From: Saccostrea echinata
Lineage: Eukaryota
Length of the DNA stretch: 64,000 bases
Reading direction: 5' to 3'
Assembly: GCF_033153115.1 (NCBI RefSeq)
Contig: NW_026889761.1
Coordinates: 10,478,001 to 10,542,000 of the forward strand
Shown here piece after piece: positions 63,091-64,000 of the stretch (position 1 is its first letter; every line of letters starts with the position of its first letter). The position numbers and the translations under genes are program-made. The notes under the pieces were generated by a model that had not been told where the DNA came from, made no database searches, and saw nothing but the letters and a program-made list of their open reading frames with translations.

Positions 63091-64000
63091 GTAATGATAT
63101 GAAACAGAAAATAAAATAGCTAATAATTAATAAAGCACACTTCATTTTTATTCCCCTTGAAAAAGAAACCTTGATTATAGATGTAATTTAGTATTTATAC
63201 CATTTATACTCTCAAAAAGCAGAAAAAAAGAAAGGAATATTGACTGTTAAGTAGAGTCTGAATGAAATGTTCCATTTATCTAAAATATTTTTGTGTATTG
63301 GACATTGTTGCGTTATATTGTTATTCAGTATCTTTGGCTGCATGAAATGTGTAAATCCCTAAACTTGAATATTTCTCAAAGAACTTTTATATGACCCTCT
63401 TTCAACTAAAGGATTGAAAAAATATTGCTAAATATTTTGAAAAGGATCTTTAGAATTTAATATTTTAAAACAGTTACTCACATAACAAAATATTTTAAAA
63501 TTAAAAATATTTTAATTATTTTACATATAAAATTAAAATAACAAAAAACTTAATACATAAAATATGTCAAACACATGAAAATCCATAACATATGTATATT
63601 ATTTATCAATATTTCCTAAACATACTTGGTTTATGTATAAATAAAGCACATATACAAGCAAACATTTTCCTTGACATTAAGTCAAGACACATGTGAGAAG
63701 GTTTCTTTTTGAAATACTCAAGATTTTGTTCCTTTTCAACCCGACATCATATGACAGACTGACTATAGGTATAAAAAGTCCACATTTGTCAATTTCATTT
63801 TTTTCTTCCAATCACAAATTCTGCTGAGAATGCTGCCTCCACTTAGAACTTTTTTTCTCTTAGCTTACTTGCCACTGCAAAATACATAAGTCAAGTTAAG
63901 TGTTTTTCTAAAACATATTATGTGAATAAATATTTACATCCACTGAATATTATTTCCTTTATCTCTTATGAAAACCATTGCCGTTTATCAGTCCGTAAAC

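Overview
AT-rich, intron-rich eukaryotic DNA with seven N-gaps. The gene and repeat content (tRNA/Meta-type SINEs, Helentron-like fragments, PAN-Sushi and short-chain-collagen-C4-like genes) suggests a bivalve such as an oyster; this is inference. The window is organised around an old tandem duplication of a two-gene, minus-strand module. Gene A is an HFRGG-type integrin-beta-like/Sib-like secreted or surface protein with a bacterial-type Ig-like domain, and gene B is a signal-PAN/Apple-EGF-like-Sushi protein. Copy 1 (~2.2-25.4 kb) keeps an open A and a dead B; copy 2 (~40.8-56.9 kb) has a dead A and an open B. A young Neptune-type Penelope-like retroelement (RT + GIY-YIG) sits between the copies, with a 1.5-kb inverted 3' copy and a minimal type I hammerhead ribozyme in each arm. 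Other notable structures are a 26-bp VNTR built from ~31 copies of an exon/5' splice-site junction in the open gene A, an ISRE+CRE-like motif upstream of gene A, an orphan plus-strand exon suggesting a flipped contig, and nested non-autonomous DNA transposons with readable TSDs (IS3EU-like, hAT, Kolobok, TGT..ACA). A plus-strand gene C starts at 58.8 kb. All exon coordinates and translations were derived by hand; family names come from motif recall, not database searches.
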